Assembly: GCA_963765205.1 (NCBI GenBank)
Contig: CAVXVB010000004.1
Location: 32,001 to 96,000 of the forward strand
Direction: 5' to 3'
Length of the DNA: 64,000 nt
From: an uncultured Verrucomicrobiae bacterium
Lineage (GTDB): Bacteria > Verrucomicrobiota > Verrucomicrobiia > Opitutales > JABDGR01
How positions within the stretch are numbered: the first letter of the stretch is position 1; each line of letters starts with the position of its first letter. The notes under the pieces were generated by a model. The model was not told the DNA's origin. It saw nothing but the letters and a program-made list of their open reading frames with translations, and did not search any database. Below, piece after piece: positions 9,779 through 23,285 of this stretch. A program made the translations under genes and the position numbers.

Positions 9779-11839
9779 TTACTTCGCGGAGGGGACATCC
9801 AGCCGGGTAAGTTCGGCGCGGGCGAATTGATATTCGTAATGCTCCTTTTGGCCGGTGGCGATGGCCTTGTTAAAGAAATCACGGGCGCTGGGTTGGTCGT
9901 CTTTGAGAAGGTGCAGGACACCGGCGTAATAAAAGGCTTCACATAGTTGGCCCGGCACGGCTTTTTCATCGCCGGTGGCCGCCGTGGTGAGGAAATCCGC
10001 CTCACTCAAACTCCCCGCCACGAACTGGCCGATGGACTTGGTCCAATCGTCTTTCCACACGGCGACCGTGGCGGAGAAGTCGCCGAGCGGGCGCTTGAGC
10101 CGCTGCAACAAAAGTTCACGGTGCAGAGGCGGATAATCCGAATCGCCGGGCTTCAGTACAATGGCCTGATCATAGTCGGCCAGCGCGTCCTCAAAACTGC
10201 CCTGGACTTCCCGGGCATAGCCCCGGTTGGCGTAGGCGTGCGCGTTTTTCGGGTCGAGTGTGATTGTCTGCGTAAAATCAGCGATAGCCGCGGCGGCATC
10301 ACCCAACCGGGCGTTGGAATAGCCGCGCCAAAGCCAGGTGGTCGCATTTTTGGGGTCCAAATCCAAAGCCTGGCTATAATCGGCCACGGCCCCGGCATAG
10401 TCGCCCTGGTTGTATTTGGCGCCGGCGCGGTGCGCATAGGCGAGCGCATCCTTCGAGTTGATTTTTAAATATTCATCAAAATCCGCGATGGCTTCCGGCG
10501 GGTCCTTCTGCATCTGGAGGTTCGCGCGGGCGAGGAGCGCAGTGGTGTTTTTTGGGTCGAGATCGAGCGCTTGATTGAAGTCGGCGAGAGCACCGGCCTG
10601 GTCGGCTTGGTTGCGCTTGGCATTGCCGCGGTCGGCATAGATTCCGGCATTTTTCGGATCGAGTTCTAGGGCGCGGGAATAATCGGCGATGGCGCCGGCG
10701 AAATCGTGGTTGTTATTTTTGGACGTGGCGCGGTAACGGAGCGCGCCAACGTTATTCGGGTTGATGACGAGGGCTTGATTGATGTCGGCCAGGGCGCCGA
10801 CGTAGTCGCCCCGCGCGCTTTTGGCTTGGCCCGAAATGACGAGCAGGCCGTCAAACTTCAGCGGAATGGAGCTGGCGACGATCCAATCCCGATTCAGTGC
10901 CGATGGATTGTCGAGAACTGGCCGAGGCCGTGCGTAGGCCACGTCGTTTTTTCCATCCAGCACCAAATCCATCCGCGCCAGCGCACGCAGCCCGAGGGAG
11001 CCAACATAATTGCCGGACGTGCCAACCTCGGCCTGGTTGGCTTCGCGCACGGGCACCGCCGTAAGGGTGAGCGTGCCGAGCTTGACATCGTTCGCGAACG
11101 CACTCTCCGCTTTCCAAGAGCCAATACTGGTCATGAAGCCGCTGTCCGCATTGATCGTCGCCTTGGGGTGGGCCGCGCGCCACTCCTGCCATTGCTCGGG
11201 GGCCAGGGCGACCCCGTAGTCCGCCCCGGTGTCCACGGCGATCTCCCCGGTCTGGCCATTGGCCAGCGTGGTTTCCAAAACCAGGACATTGTTGGGCGTT
11301 ATTTTCAACTTCAGCCACCCGGCGGTTTCCGGCGGCAGTTTTTCCATGCAGCGCACGGTGCGCGCGGTAGGATCAAAAACCAGAATATTGTCCCGCACTT
11401 CGGGCCAGCCGATTGAGCCATCAATGGGCACATCCGCCGCCATGTTATAGGCCGACACCAGCAACGGCGCGGTGTAAGTCTCCCCACCCACCGCCAAGCG
11501 CACTGGCTCGGACAAGGCGAGGCCCGTATTGTCCGGCAGCTTAATGGACGAGAGGCCGGCCGGCAGCGCGATTTTGACGCCTAAGCGGGTCGCGCCCGCA
11601 TCGGTGAACAGGGCTGAACTGGCCCCCGTGTCCAAAATCAACCCCGCAGACTTGCCATTAATCGTGGCCTGCGGAAAAATAACCCGGGTGTTCACCGCCT
11701 GTGTCTCCGTAGGGATCCGGGTTGCAACATAGTTCTTGAGCGTGCCGGCCACGCCAAGGGTGAAGCGCCAGCCCGCCACGTTCCAGACCAAGCCGGCCAG
11801 AACCGCGACCACAATGAGGGTTAATCGCCGGGCTTTCAT
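9779..11839 (-). CDS. Twin retropepsin-like aspartyl protease with about 8 C-terminal TPR repeats
   Basis: LILDTGAS and IAVDTGAD; repeated AxADYxxALxLDPKNA; N-terminal hydrophobic anchor. Confidence 0.85.
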   Translation of the reverse strand: MKARRLTLIVVAVLAGLVWNVAGWRFTLGVAGTLKNYVATRIPTETQAVNTRVIFPQATINGKSAGLILDTGASSALFTDAGATRLGVKIALPAGLSSIKLPDNTGLALSEPVRLAVGGETYTAPLLVSAYNMAADVPIDGSIGWPEVRDNILVFDPTARTVRCMEKLPPETAGWLKLKITPNNVLVLETTLANGQTGEIAVDTGADYGVALAPEQWQEWRAAHPKATINADSGFMTSIGSWKAESAFANDVKLGTLTLTAVPVREANQAEVGTSGNYVGSLGLRALARMDLVLDGKNDVAYARPRPVLDNPSALNRDWIVASSIPLKFDGLLVISGQAKSARGDYVGALADINQALVINPNNVGALRYRATSKNNNHDFAGAIADYSRALELDPKNAGIYADRGNAKRNQADQAGALADFNQALDLDPKNTTALLARANLQMQKDPPEAIADFDEYLKINSKDALAYAHRAGAKYNQGDYAGAVADYSQALDLDPKNATTWLWRGYSNARLGDAAAAIADFTQTITLDPKNAHAYANRGYAREVQGSFEDALADYDQAIVLKPGDSDYPPLHRELLLQRLKRPLGDFSATVAVWKDDWTKSIGQFVAGSLSEADFLTTAATGDEKAVPGQLCEAFYYAGVLHLLKDDQPSARDFFNKAIATGQKEHYEYQFARAELTRLDVPSAK

Positions 11840-12031
11840 GGGAAGAAAGGGACAAAGCAGAGAAGCGGGGGGGCTGAGCCACTCGATCACTGAGGTTGTT
11901 GGCCTTGGAACCAAGGGCAATCCAATTTTGCAGGTCAATTTCTGCTTGGGCCGGCACTCAGAATTCAGCATTCAAAAATTGTCCTGTCCTCAGTTCCTTT
12001 GCCCCTCTGCTCCTTTGCTCCTCGCTCTTCG

Positions 12032-12820
12032 CTACTCCACCCTGCTAAAATAATTTTTGACCGTCGCGACCAGATAGTCGCGGTTCAGGTGGGCGATGTG
12101 GTCGAGGGAGATTTCCTTGGGGCAGACGGCGGAGCATTCGCCATAATTGGTGCAGTTGCCGAAGCCTTCGGCGTCCATCACGCGGACCATGGCGAGGACG
12201 CGGCGGTCCTTCTCGATTTTGCCCTGCGGCAGGGCGTTGAGGTGCGAGGCCTTGGCGGCGACAAAGAGCATGGCCGAGGCGTTTTTGCACGCGGCCACGC
12301 ACGCGCCGCAGCCGATGCACGCGGCGGCGTCCATCGCGTAATCGGCGACTTGCTTGGGGATGGCGATTTCGTTGGCGTCGGGGGCGGAGCCGGTGCGCGC
12401 GGAGATGAAGCCGCCGGCCTGGATGACGCGGTCGAAGGCGGAGCGGTCCACCACGAGGTCGCGCACGACGGGGAAGGAGCGCGCGCGCCAGGGTTCGATG
12501 GTGATGGTCTGGCCGTCCTGGAAATGGCGCATGTGGAGCTGGCAGGTGGTCGTGCCGCGCTCGGGGCCGTGGGGGATGCCGTTGATGGTCATCGAACACA
12601 TGCCGCAAATGCCCTCGCGGCAATCGTGGTCGAATTCTACGGCGGGTTCGCCTTTCGCGATCAATTGCTCGTTCAGCTGGTCCATCATTTCGAGGAAAGA
12701 CGAATCGGGGGATACGTTCTCGATTTTGTAATCCACGAGCTTGCCGGACGCGGACGCGCTCGGTTGCCGCCACACGCGAAGGGTGAGGTTCAGGCCGGAT
12801 GGATGATCAGGGGCGGACAT
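12032..12820 (-). CDS. sdhB: Succinate dehydrogenase/fumarate reductase Fe-S subunit
   Basis: [17 protein letters not shown] and [13 protein letters not shown]. Confidence 0.96.
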   Translation of the reverse strand: MSAPDHPSGLNLTLRVWRQPSASASGKLVDYKIENVSPDSSFLEMMDQLNEQLIAKGEPAVEFDHDCREGICGMCSMTINGIPHGPERGTTTCQLHMRHFQDGQTITIEPWRARSFPVVRDLVVDRSAFDRVIQAGGFISARTGSAPDANEIAIPKQVADYAMDAAACIGCGACVAACKNASAMLFVAAKASHLNALPQGKIEKDRRVLAMVRVMDAEGFGNCTNYGECSAVCPKEISLDHIAHLNRDYLVATVKNYFSRVE

Positions 12821-12852
12821 GGCGAAATTCCTGTATGGTTGAATTGTTCAAT

Positions 12853-14802
<1,950 letters not shown>

Positions 14803-14854
14803 GGGTGGCGGAAAAGTTTTGGTAATCGGAAGAGGACGCAGCAAGTCTGCGCCC

Positions 14855-15688
14855 CTACATCTTCGGGGAGGGGTTAACGGCGTCGGTGGGCGGCGGGAAA
14901 TTGTAGTCCACTTCGACGGGCGTTGGGCGGGTGGGGTCCCAGCCGGCAGCGGCTTTTTCGATTTGCGCGAGGACTTCGCGCACGGGCAACATTTCCCGTG
15001 TGGAGTGCAGCGACCATTGCACGGCGACGGGGACGGCAATGAAGCCGAGGAAAATGAGCAGGCCGAAGGCGAGGGCAAAATGATCCAGCCAGCCGCGCCA
15101 CTTGGCGTTGCGCACGCCGAGGCTCTGGCACATGCTGCTCACGCCATGCGAGAGGTGCAGGCACAGCAGGCCGATGGCAAAAACGTAAAAGGCCGCGACC
15201 GCGGGATAGGAAAAACCGACGAGCACCATCGCAAAAACATCGTGCATCCGGCGGCCGTTGTCGGCGTATTCCAGCGATTTGAAAATCGGATGGATGATTT
15301 GCAGAGTGAAATCCGCCAGGTGGAACAGGATGAAGGCCAGGACGATGAAGCCGCTCCAGATCATTGTGCGCGAGGCGTAAGTGGCCTGCACGGTGGCGTC
15401 CTGTTTATAGCCAAGGGGGCGGGCGCGGCGGTTTTCGAGCGTGAGCAGCACGGCCATCCAGATATGCACCGCCACGCAGGCAAGCAGGAACAGGCGCACC
15501 GCCCAGAGCAGTTCGCCGAGCGACTGGAGGAAATTCGCGTAGCGGTTGATGGGGCCGGGCGCGGCGGCAAAAACTTGCAAATTGCCCAGCATGTGCCCAA
15601 GCACGAAAAGCACCAGCACCAGGCCGGTCGCGGCCATCAGATACTTTTTGACCAGCGAAGGCAGGCGGGTCGCGGGGGAAGCGCTCAT
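14855..15688 (-). CDS. sdhC: Succinate dehydrogenase cytochrome b558 subunit
   Basis: KKYLMAATG...HMLGNL, conserved His residues, HLSHG; upstream of sdhA. Confidence 0.92.
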   Translation of the reverse strand: MSASPATRLPSLVKKYLMAATGLVLVLFVLGHMLGNLQVFAAAPGPINRYANFLQSLGELLWAVRLFLLACVAVHIWMAVLLTLENRRARPLGYKQDATVQATYASRTMIWSGFIVLAFILFHLADFTLQIIHPIFKSLEYADNGRRMHDVFAMVLVGFSYPAVAAFYVFAIGLLCLHLSHGVSSMCQSLGVRNAKWRGWLDHFALAFGLLIFLGFIAVPVAVQWSLHSTREMLPVREVLAQIEKAAAGWDPTRPTPVEVDYNFPPPTDAVNPSPKM

Positions 15689-15916
15689 GGTCGCGGCAAC
15701 GGGAGAGATCGGAAGGTGGGAGCAGCGGCGGCAAATCCAGCCAGTTTGGTTAATATAGGCAAGCGGGCGCACATTCAACGGCGAACGAGCGCCCGCTAAC
15801 GGCCTATTAGCCGGGGCGATAGCTATTATAATTTCCGGTATTGCCAATTGCGCCGGATTAATTTGCATTGGCCGCCTAGTTCCCCAGTGGAAACCATCCC
15901 CCATCGGCATGACGCC

Positions 15917-16541
15917 ATGAAATTTACCCGGGGCATTTTTGGCCTGCTTTTGCTTTTGGCCTTAATTGGGCTGCTGGCCTGGTGGTTGTTCCCACCGCAA
16001 GCCAGCCGGGCGGTCGTGTCCACGCCCAAGCCAACCCCGTTGCAAGCCGTTCTCGCGCCAAAGCCCGCGCCCATCACGGTTGTCGAAACGCCCACGCCCA
16101 CGGCCGCGCCGCCGCCCATTTCGTCCGGGGGCCTGAGTGACCCGCAGGCCAATTTGGACACGGCCGTCGCCGACGTGGCCCGGCTCGCGCAGGCAAATAA
16201 TTTTGGCGCATTGTTCGAGAATTATGGCGTGCCCGTCATTGATCCGGCCGGGCGCTATCGCAACGGCGTAAATATCCTGGCGGACCTGCAACAAAAAGTC
16301 CTGTCCTTTCAGGCCTACCTCAACAGCCCCGGCGGCCAGGCGGAACCGGCAACAATTGCAAGCCACGCTGGCATTCATGCAAATGCAGACGCCGGTTTAC
16401 AACGCGGCGGGCGACCAAGCCACGATCCAGATTGGCCCCGTCACCGACCAGGACCGCGCCGCCAACCTGATTCCGCAAATCACCTTTTTCAAAAAAGACG
16501 GCCGCTGGTATTTGCAGACTGGCAATCCCTTCGGTTGGTGA
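15917..16541 (+). CDS. Membrane-anchored hypothetical protein, one apparent frameshift near 16345
   Basis: TM segment plus Pro-rich linker; continues in ORF 16356..16541 (ITFFKKDGRWYL). Confidence 0.6.
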
Positions 16542-16683
16542 ATTACGGTTTCGATTTGCCCGCGTCCTGCCGCGCCGGCGGCATGTGCCGCACCGTGTTA
16601 TAATCTTCAACGTTGCCAATCTCCTCTCGATTGTTTGCATGTGACGAATCTGCACAGGACGGGTAACCCCATTCCTCCTCCCC

Positions 16684-17412
16684 ATGAAATCATCCCCCGC
16701 CGTTTTGCCAGCCTTCATCCGCTGCTCCCCGCTGCTGCTGGCGGCGCTGCTGGCTGCCGGCTGCCCGGGTTATACCAGCTTCAGTTCCAGTTCCGGCAGC
16801 ACCACCGTAACCGTGGACCAAGGCGGCCCAACCATCGCCGGTTCCGGCCAGACCGCCACGGAGAGCCGCGCCGTCGGCGCGTTTTCCAAAATTGACGTCG
16901 GCGGCTTGAGCACGATGGACATTGAGATCGGCAACGCCACCACCCTCGCGGTGACCACCGACGACAACGTCCTGCCCGCCATCGAAACCAAGGTCGAGGG
17001 CGACACGCTGCACATCCGCCCGGTGAAAAATTACCGCACGACGCTCGGGGTGAAAGTCAAAATCACCACGCCGGCGCTCGAAGGCGTGAAAGTATCTGGC
17101 GCTTGCGCCCTCACCGCCCACGGCCTGGACGCCAAGGCTTTTGCGCTGGATGTTTCCGGGGCGAGCAGCGCGGATTTGGCCGGAAAAACCGGGTCTTTGG
17201 ATATCCAGCTTTCAGGCGCGGGCAATATCAAGGCCGCCGACCTGACCGCCCAAAACGTGAAAGTCGAAATTTCCGGCGCCGCGCACGCGGCCGTCTGCGC
17301 AACGGAATCGCTCGACGCCTCCGTCTCCGGCGCGGGCGCGGTCAGCTACACCGGCCACCCCGCCCAAGTGAAACAGAACGTCAGCGGCGTGGGCTGGATC
17401 AAGGCGGAGTAA
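16684..17412 (+). CDS. DUF2807 / GIN-domain putative lipoprotein
   Basis: Lipobox-like LLAAGC; repeated xSGAxx beta-solenoid units. Confidence 0.85.
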   Translation: MKSSPAVLPAFIRCSPLLLAALLAAGCPGYTSFSSSSGSTTVTVDQGGPTIAGSGQTATESRAVGAFSKIDVGGLSTMDIEIGNATTLAVTTDDNVLPAIETKVEGDTLHIRPVKNYRTTLGVKVKITTPALEGVKVSGACALTAHGLDAKAFALDVSGASSADLAGKTGSLDIQLSGAGNIKAADLTAQNVKVEISGAAHAAVCATESLDASVSGAGAVSYTGHPAQVKQNVSGVGWIKAE

Positions 17413-17423
17413 ATGACACGCCC

Positions 17424-18752
17424 CTACCCCAACAGCAGCAGCGCCGGGGTTTCGAGGATGGCTTTGAGCGCGGCGAGGAATTGCGCGGCGATCGCGCCGT
17501 CAATCACCCGATGGTCGCCGGAAATGCCAATTGTCATCCGCCGGCCGGCGACGACATGGCCATGCGCGTCCACCACCGGCTTCGCCAGCGTCGCGCCGAC
17601 GGAGAGAATCGCGGCGTTGGGCGGGTTGATGATGCCGTAAAAACCGGTGACGCCAAACATGCCGAGGTTCGTGACCGTGAAGGTCGAGCCGCTCATTTCT
17701 GCGGGCGTGAGTTTTTTCGCGCGCGCCTTGGCGATGAGCGCCTTCGCCTCGGCGGCGATTTGGCGCAGGCTCTTGCCGTCCGCGTCGCGGATGACGGGCG
17801 TGAGCAGGCCGTCCTCGATGGCGACGCCAAACGCGAGGTGGACGCGCCCGTGCCGCTGGATGCTCTCGCCCAGCCACGAACTGTTGACCGCCGGCACGCG
17901 GCGCAGGGCCTCGACCGCGGCTTTCAAAATAAAATCGTTGACGGTGAATTTGCCGCCGCCTTTGTCGGGCGGAATTTCACCCAGGACGGCATTGAGGCCC
18001 TCGCGCAAGTCAGCCAGCGGCCCGGCGTCCACTTCGATCTCAACATAGAAATGCGGAATGCCGTTCGTGGATTCGAGCAGGCGGCGCGCGATGGTCGCCC
18101 GCATGTTCGAGACGGGAATCGTTTCGTCCACGCCAATCGGGCCGCTGAGCGAGACGACCGACGCGGCGGATGTGGCGGGCGCGGACGATGCGGGCGCGGG
18201 CTTGCCGACCGCAGCCAGCACGTCCGCGCGCACGATGCGACCGCCGGGGCCGCTGCCTTGCAGGCCGACGAGCGCAACGCCCTTTTCGGCGGCGAGTTTC
18301 TTGGCCAGCGGTGAGGCTTTGACGCGGGCGGAAGAAGAAACAGTTTCGAGTTTCGGGTTTCGAGTTTCGAGTTGGGGCGCGGGCGCGGCTGGCGGTGAAA
18401 TTGGCGTTGCGGGTTTGGCGGCCGGTGCGGCGGCGGGCGCGGGAGTCGGCGCGGGTTTCGCCGCGGCGGGCGGCGCTTTGGCGGCGACGGAGGGCGCGGG
18501 GGGCGCGGCTTCGCCGGCTTTGCCAATGGCGCACATCGGCGCGCCGACGGGGATTTGCGCGCCTGCGGCCACGTAGTGCTTGAGCAGCACGCCAGGCGCA
18601 AAGCTCTCGACTTCCATCGTCGCCTTGTCGGTCTCGACTTCACAGAGCATGTCGCCGGACGCGACGGGGTCGCCCTCCTTTTTCAACCATTTGACCAGGG
18701 TGCCCACGGTCATGGTGTCGCTGAGCTTCGGCATTTCGATGATTTCGGCCAT
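17424..18752 (-). CDS. pdhC: Pyruvate dehydrogenase E2, dihydrolipoamide acetyltransferase
   Basis: Lipoyl VETDKAT, E3-binding ASPLAKKLA...GSGPGGRI, catalytic DHRVIDG. Confidence 0.95.
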   Translation of the reverse strand: MAEIIEMPKLSDTMTVGTLVKWLKKEGDPVASGDMLCEVETDKATMEVESFAPGVLLKHYVAAGAQIPVGAPMCAIGKAGEAAPPAPSVAAKAPPAAAKPAPTPAPAAAPAAKPATPISPPAAPAPQLETRNPKLETVSSSARVKASPLAKKLAAEKGVALVGLQGSGPGGRIVRADVLAAVGKPAPASSAPATSAASVVSLSGPIGVDETIPVSNMRATIARRLLESTNGIPHFYVEIEVDAGPLADLREGLNAVLGEIPPDKGGGKFTVNDFILKAAVEALRRVPAVNSSWLGESIQRHGRVHLAFGVAIEDGLLTPVIRDADGKSLRQIAAEAKALIAKARAKKLTPAEMSGSTFTVTNLGMFGVTGFYGIINPPNAAILSVGATLAKPVVDAHGHVVAGRRMTIGISGDHRVIDGAIAAQFLAALKAILETPALLLLG

Positions 18753-18940
18753 GGGGGAGTTTTACCGCAGGCAACGCGGAAAAGGCAAAGGGGAAATGTC
18801 GGGATCGGGCGAAGGGGCAAAGGGCGAAGGGCGAAGGGGGGCTGCGAAGCCGAGGCTGTAATGCGCTTTTTTGGCCTTTTATCATACCCTTCTGGTGATA
18901 TATTGCCGGGATGCGACTGCTTGGCCAGTTTGGCGGGAGA

Positions 18941-20812
18941 ATGACCCAACCCCGATGGCCTTGGGTCTTGGCGGGGGTGCTGATGGGGTCGGCGGGGCTG
19001 GCGGCGGCCACCGATTCGGGCCAATGGACGGCGCAGGACTCCGGCACGACAGCGACTTTGCGCGGGGTGGCCTGGAATGGCCTGGAATTTGTGGCGGTGG
19101 GAGACGCGGGGACGATCTTGACCTCACCGGATGGCGTCAAGTGGACCGCGCAGAAATCGCCCGTGAAGGAGGAACTCGACGCGGTCGGCCTTTTTCGGGA
19201 AACCTGGGTCGCCGTGGGTGGAAATGGAACGATCCTCACATCACAGAACGGCACCGAATGGCTCGCGCAAAATTCCCGGACGAAGGCGCCGTTGCGAAGC
19301 GTGGCGGCCAACAAGGAACTCATTATCGCAGCCGGGACGGGCAGCTCGATTCGCGTTTCCGACGATGGCCGGAACTGGCGCGCGCCTGTGGTTGATTTGC
19401 CCGCGGCCCTCGACTTCAAGATGGTGGTCGGCACGGGAACAGGCTTCACGATTTATAGCGGCCAGGGTTACGTTTCTTACCGGCTGAAGGAAAAACAAAT
19501 GGAGTGGGACCCCTCCCACCTCCAGCCGGCGGCCGCCGGGCGGTTCGGCTGGCTTTTTCCAGGAACAAGCACCCTGCTCAAACGGGGCCAAAAGCCGCCC
19601 GCGCCCTTGCCGCCGGTAAACTGGCTGATGGCCTTTCCGCAAGGCGGCGGGATCATCGTCGGCGATGATGGCCGGCTGTGGCGGGAAGGCATGTTCAAGG
19701 GAAATGTCTGGTCGGGAATAAAGGACGAGACCGCGGACAGCCTTTTTGCAGGCTGGTGGAGCGGGCAACACGCCGTGCTGGTCGGCGCGCGGGGCGCGAT
19801 TTTGTCTTCGACGGACGGAGTGATTTGGAATGCCCACCGCGGGCCGGCCGGCGCCAACTTGCGGGCCATCACTGGCAGCGAAAAATTAGTGGTCATGGTC
19901 GGTGAAAACGGAACCATTCTGACCGGGCCGAATCTGCCCTCGGTGGATAAACCCATCGTGAATCCGGACGGAGGCGCTTTTGCCGAACTGCCGGAGGTGC
20001 GACTGCGATGCCCTATCGCCGGCGCCCAAATCCATTATACCCTCGACGACAGCACGCCAACGGCGGAGTCGCCTGTTTATGCCCAGCCGTTCACCCTGAG
20101 CATGTCGGGAAATCTGCGCGCGCGGGCCTTCAAGGAGGGATTGGATCCGAGCGAAGAAGTGCGGGCGGAATTTATCCACATGGCGCCACCGGTTTTCAGA
20201 ATGCCGCTCCAAAGCGTACGGATCCCTGTGAACGAGGAGGTCGACTTCGAGGCCACAGCGGAAGGAATCGGTCTGTTCACCACTCCGGCATGGTATCTGA
20301 AGCCACTCCAGGGCAATGAGCAAGGCGTTCCATCGCTTCGAATAGACGACCGCACAAGTATCGTGAATCTGGGATTGGCGGCTATGAGCATGAATGGCTC
20401 TGTAATCCGATGCATGGCGACCAATAACTATGGCAGCGTCTCGGAGGAAGCGACGCTCACGGTGTTTGTGCCCAAGCCGGTCCTAATCGTCACCCAGCCC
20501 TTCTCCCAGACCGTCGCCGAGCGGCAGAGCGTGTTGTTCAAGGTGGAAACGCAGAGCGATCCGAAGCCCAGTTGCCAATGGGAGCGCCTCACTTTTGTAA
20601 ACCGCATCGCGGTCTGGGAAAAAATCGAGGACAGCGCCGTTTTTTCCGGGACCAAGACCAACACGCTCACGATTGCCGCCCCCACCCCGGAAATGTCGGG
20701 CGAGTCCTTCCGGTGCAAGATAACGGACAACTATTTCAAAGACACCTCAAATAAGCCAAAAGTTACCGACACCATTGACGTTACACTCACGGTGGACGCG
20801 CCGCCACATTGA
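18941..20812 (+). CDS. Secreted protein: YCF48/BNR-like propeller, chitobiase/FN3-associated domain, two Ig-like domains
   Basis: Repeats VGxxGTILTSxDG; IHYTLDDSTPT...YAQPF; TQPFSQTV...CQWE. Confidence 0.75.
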   Translation: MTQPRWPWVLAGVLMGSAGLAAATDSGQWTAQDSGTTATLRGVAWNGLEFVAVGDAGTILTSPDGVKWTAQKSPVKEELDAVGLFRETWVAVGGNGTILTSQNGTEWLAQNSRTKAPLRSVAANKELIIAAGTGSSIRVSDDGRNWRAPVVDLPAALDFKMVVGTGTGFTIYSGQGYVSYRLKEKQMEWDPSHLQPAAAGRFGWLFPGTSTLLKRGQKPPAPLPPVNWLMAFPQGGGIIVGDDGRLWREGMFKGNVWSGIKDETADSLFAGWWSGQHAVLVGARGAILSSTDGVIWNAHRGPAGANLRAITGSEKLVVMVGENGTILTGPNLPSVDKPIVNPDGGAFAELPEVRLRCPIAGAQIHYTLDDSTPTAESPVYAQPFTLSMSGNLRARAFKEGLDPSEEVRAEFIHMAPPVFRMPLQSVRIPVNEEVDFEATAEGIGLFTTPAWYLKPLQGNEQGVPSLRIDDRTSIVNLGLAAMSMNGSVIRCMATNNYGSVSEEATLTVFVPKPVLIVTQPFSQTVAERQSVLFKVETQSDPKPSCQWERLTFVNRIAVWEKIEDSAVFSGTKTNTLTIAAPTPEMSGESFRCKITDNYFKDTSNKPKVTDTIDVTLTVDAPPH

Positions 20813-20986
20813 GACGCCTGAGTAGCTTCTGTCGCCTCAGTTCCTCTTCCCTTTGTCCCTCTGCCCCTTCGCCCTCTGCTCCTTTCACTTCGCCACGCTC
20901 TCCATTGTACAAATGGCAAGAATGCCCAAGCAGAACCAGTCCGCCCTTGACTTCGCGGGGCGGCGGTTCTCTGATTCGTTTGCCGC

Positions 20987-23144
20987 ATGATGCCCGGGTT
21001 TCCGCCAGCCTTCGCCAAGCCGCTCTCGCTGCGCTGGGCCTTGCTGCTGGGCTTGGTCGTGGGCCTGGCCTTTTTGCCGTTTCGGATGACGGCCGGCTAC
21101 GCGCTCGGCACCGTCCTCATTGACGACGAGCCGGAACTGCACACAGCGCCGACCGGCTGCAAATCGTGACCGGGGCGTTTTATTTCGCGCAGGATGCCTG
21201 GCGCCTGCCGCTGTTTCAGGTGGACAAACTCGGGCCGGACGGCACCAACATCGTTTTCACGGACAGCATTCCCGCCGCGGCGCTCGTGCTCAAGCTGGCC
21301 AACCAGGTCCACCCGGTGCTGTTCAATTATTTCGGCCCCTGGGTGGCGCTGTGCTTCGCGCTCAATCCGGCCTTTTTCTGCTGGCTGCTTTACGAACTTG
21401 ACGTGCGCGACGGGCGCTGGCTGGCGGCAGGCGCGATGCTGGCCAGTTGCGTGCCGGCGCTTCTGTTCCGGCATGGCCACGCCTGCCAGTGCGCGCATTT
21501 TTTAATCCTCGGAGCGCTGGCGCTTTACTTCCGCGCGCGCCGCCGGGGCTTTACCCGCGGCCTCACCGCGGCGTGGTTCGGGCTGGCGCTGTTTTCGCTG
21601 CTCGTGACGCTCTATATGCTCGCGATGGTTTTGATCATCTTCATTGCGACGGTCGCGCAGGCGGTCTTCGAGCGCCGGCTGCCCTGGGGGCGCGGCGCGG
21701 CGTATGTGGGCGGGGTCCTCACGCTTTGCCTGGGGACGATGTTGATCTGCGGCCATCTCACACTGGCGGGCGGGCTGCCGCCGCCGGGGTCGGGCTTTGG
21801 CGCGTGCTCGATGAATCTCATCTCGCCCTTCTGGCCGTGGCAGTCGGCCTTTGCGCCGGGGCGGAACATTGACGCCACCGGCTCGCAATACGAGGGCTAC
21901 AATTACCTCGGCGCGGGCGTGCTGGTGCTGCTGGCCACGCATGTCATCGCCTCGGGGCGGCCAATTTGCGGGCTGTTGCGCGAGTATTGGGCGCTGGGCG
22001 CCGCGTTCGCGGGTTCACCATCCTGGCCCTGTCGAACAAAGTTTTCCTGTGGCACTACCTGCTGCTCGAATACCACGTTGCGCCGTATGACCATTTCATG
22101 GCGAATTTCCGCTAGTCGGGGCGTTTCTTCTGGCCGGTGACGTATGGGTTGATGGCGGCGCTCATCCTGCTCACCACGCGGCGCTTTGCCGGGCGCACAG
22201 CGGTGACTTTGCTCGCCGGTTGCGCGCTGTTGCAAGTTTACGACCAGCACGTCCTGCCCCGCATCGGTTCCGCGCCGCCACCGGCCTTTGCCCAGCCCAC
22301 GAGCATTGCGCAGTGGGTGAGCCTTGCGCGCGCGTTTCCCCGCGTGGAAATCCAGCCGGCCTTCGACGCCACCGTCGGCGTGCAATTCAACGCCTTCATT
22401 CAATACATCGCCGCGCGCGCTAATCTCCCTATCAACAGCGTTTACAACGCCCGCCCGCTCGCCGACAACGATGCTGAATTTATCGCCGCGGACCACCCCG
22501 TCATCCTCCCCGGCCCGCTCTACCTTTCCCAGAAAAGCGACTACTCCTTTGCGCGCCTCACGCAGTTGCTCGACGGCCAGCAGTATCTTTTGGCCGAGGC
22601 GGAGGATTGCTACGTCGCGGCCGCGGCGTGGCCGTCCGGCTTCCTCGCGCAGAACGCCGCCCTCTTGCGCCCGCCGCCCGCCGCGCCGCTCCTCGCGCTC
22701 TCGCCCAAAACGTTGGTGGACTTCACCGGCAACGGCAATTTGACCGGCGTCAGCTTCACCGGCCTTTACAACACCGAGTTCTGGGGCCGCTGGTCGCGTG
22801 GCGCCGACGCGGACTTCCGCACGGGACTCGACCCGGCGCTGCAAGGCCATGCACTGGTTTTGCGCGGCCAATTCATCCCCTACCTCGATGCCGCACACCC
22901 GCACCTCGTGGTGGACGTCACCGTCAACGGCCAGCCAGCGGCGACCTGGACCTTCGCGCCGCCCGAGGGCCAAAACGGCCCGGTCGCACGCACCGCGACC
23001 GTCCCCGCCAGCGCAACGACCACCGGCACGCTCGATTGGCATTTTCATATCCACGACCCGGTGAACGTCCTCCTCAGTTACGGCCCCCGGCGCAATTTGG
23101 GCCTGGGCTTTGTTCGCTTCACCGTGGCCGATGGCGGGAAGTGA
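20987..23144 (+). pseudogene. DUF6311-like polytopic membrane protein (putative GT-C) with two frameshifts and an in-frame TAG
   Basis: IVFTDSIP, EGYNYLG, LALSN and FR*SGRFFWPV; shifts near 21140 and 22010; TAG at 22113-22115. Confidence 0.65.
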
Positions 23145-23200
23145 GAATGAGGATTTAGGAATTATGAATTATGAAGAAAAACTAAGAAGAAAAGAGAATC

Positions 23201-23279
23201 TCGCGCAAAGGCGCGGAGGCGCAGAGGGGAGAAGTGCAATGGGCAAATTTTCTCTTTGCGCCTTGGCGTCTTTGCGCGA
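23201..23279. repeat. Inverted element with about 9-bp-period arms
   Basis: TCGCGCAAAGGCGCGGAGGCGCAGAG ... CTTTGCGCCTTGGCGTCTTTGCGCGA. Confidence 0.65.
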
Positions 23280-23285
23280 GTTTTT

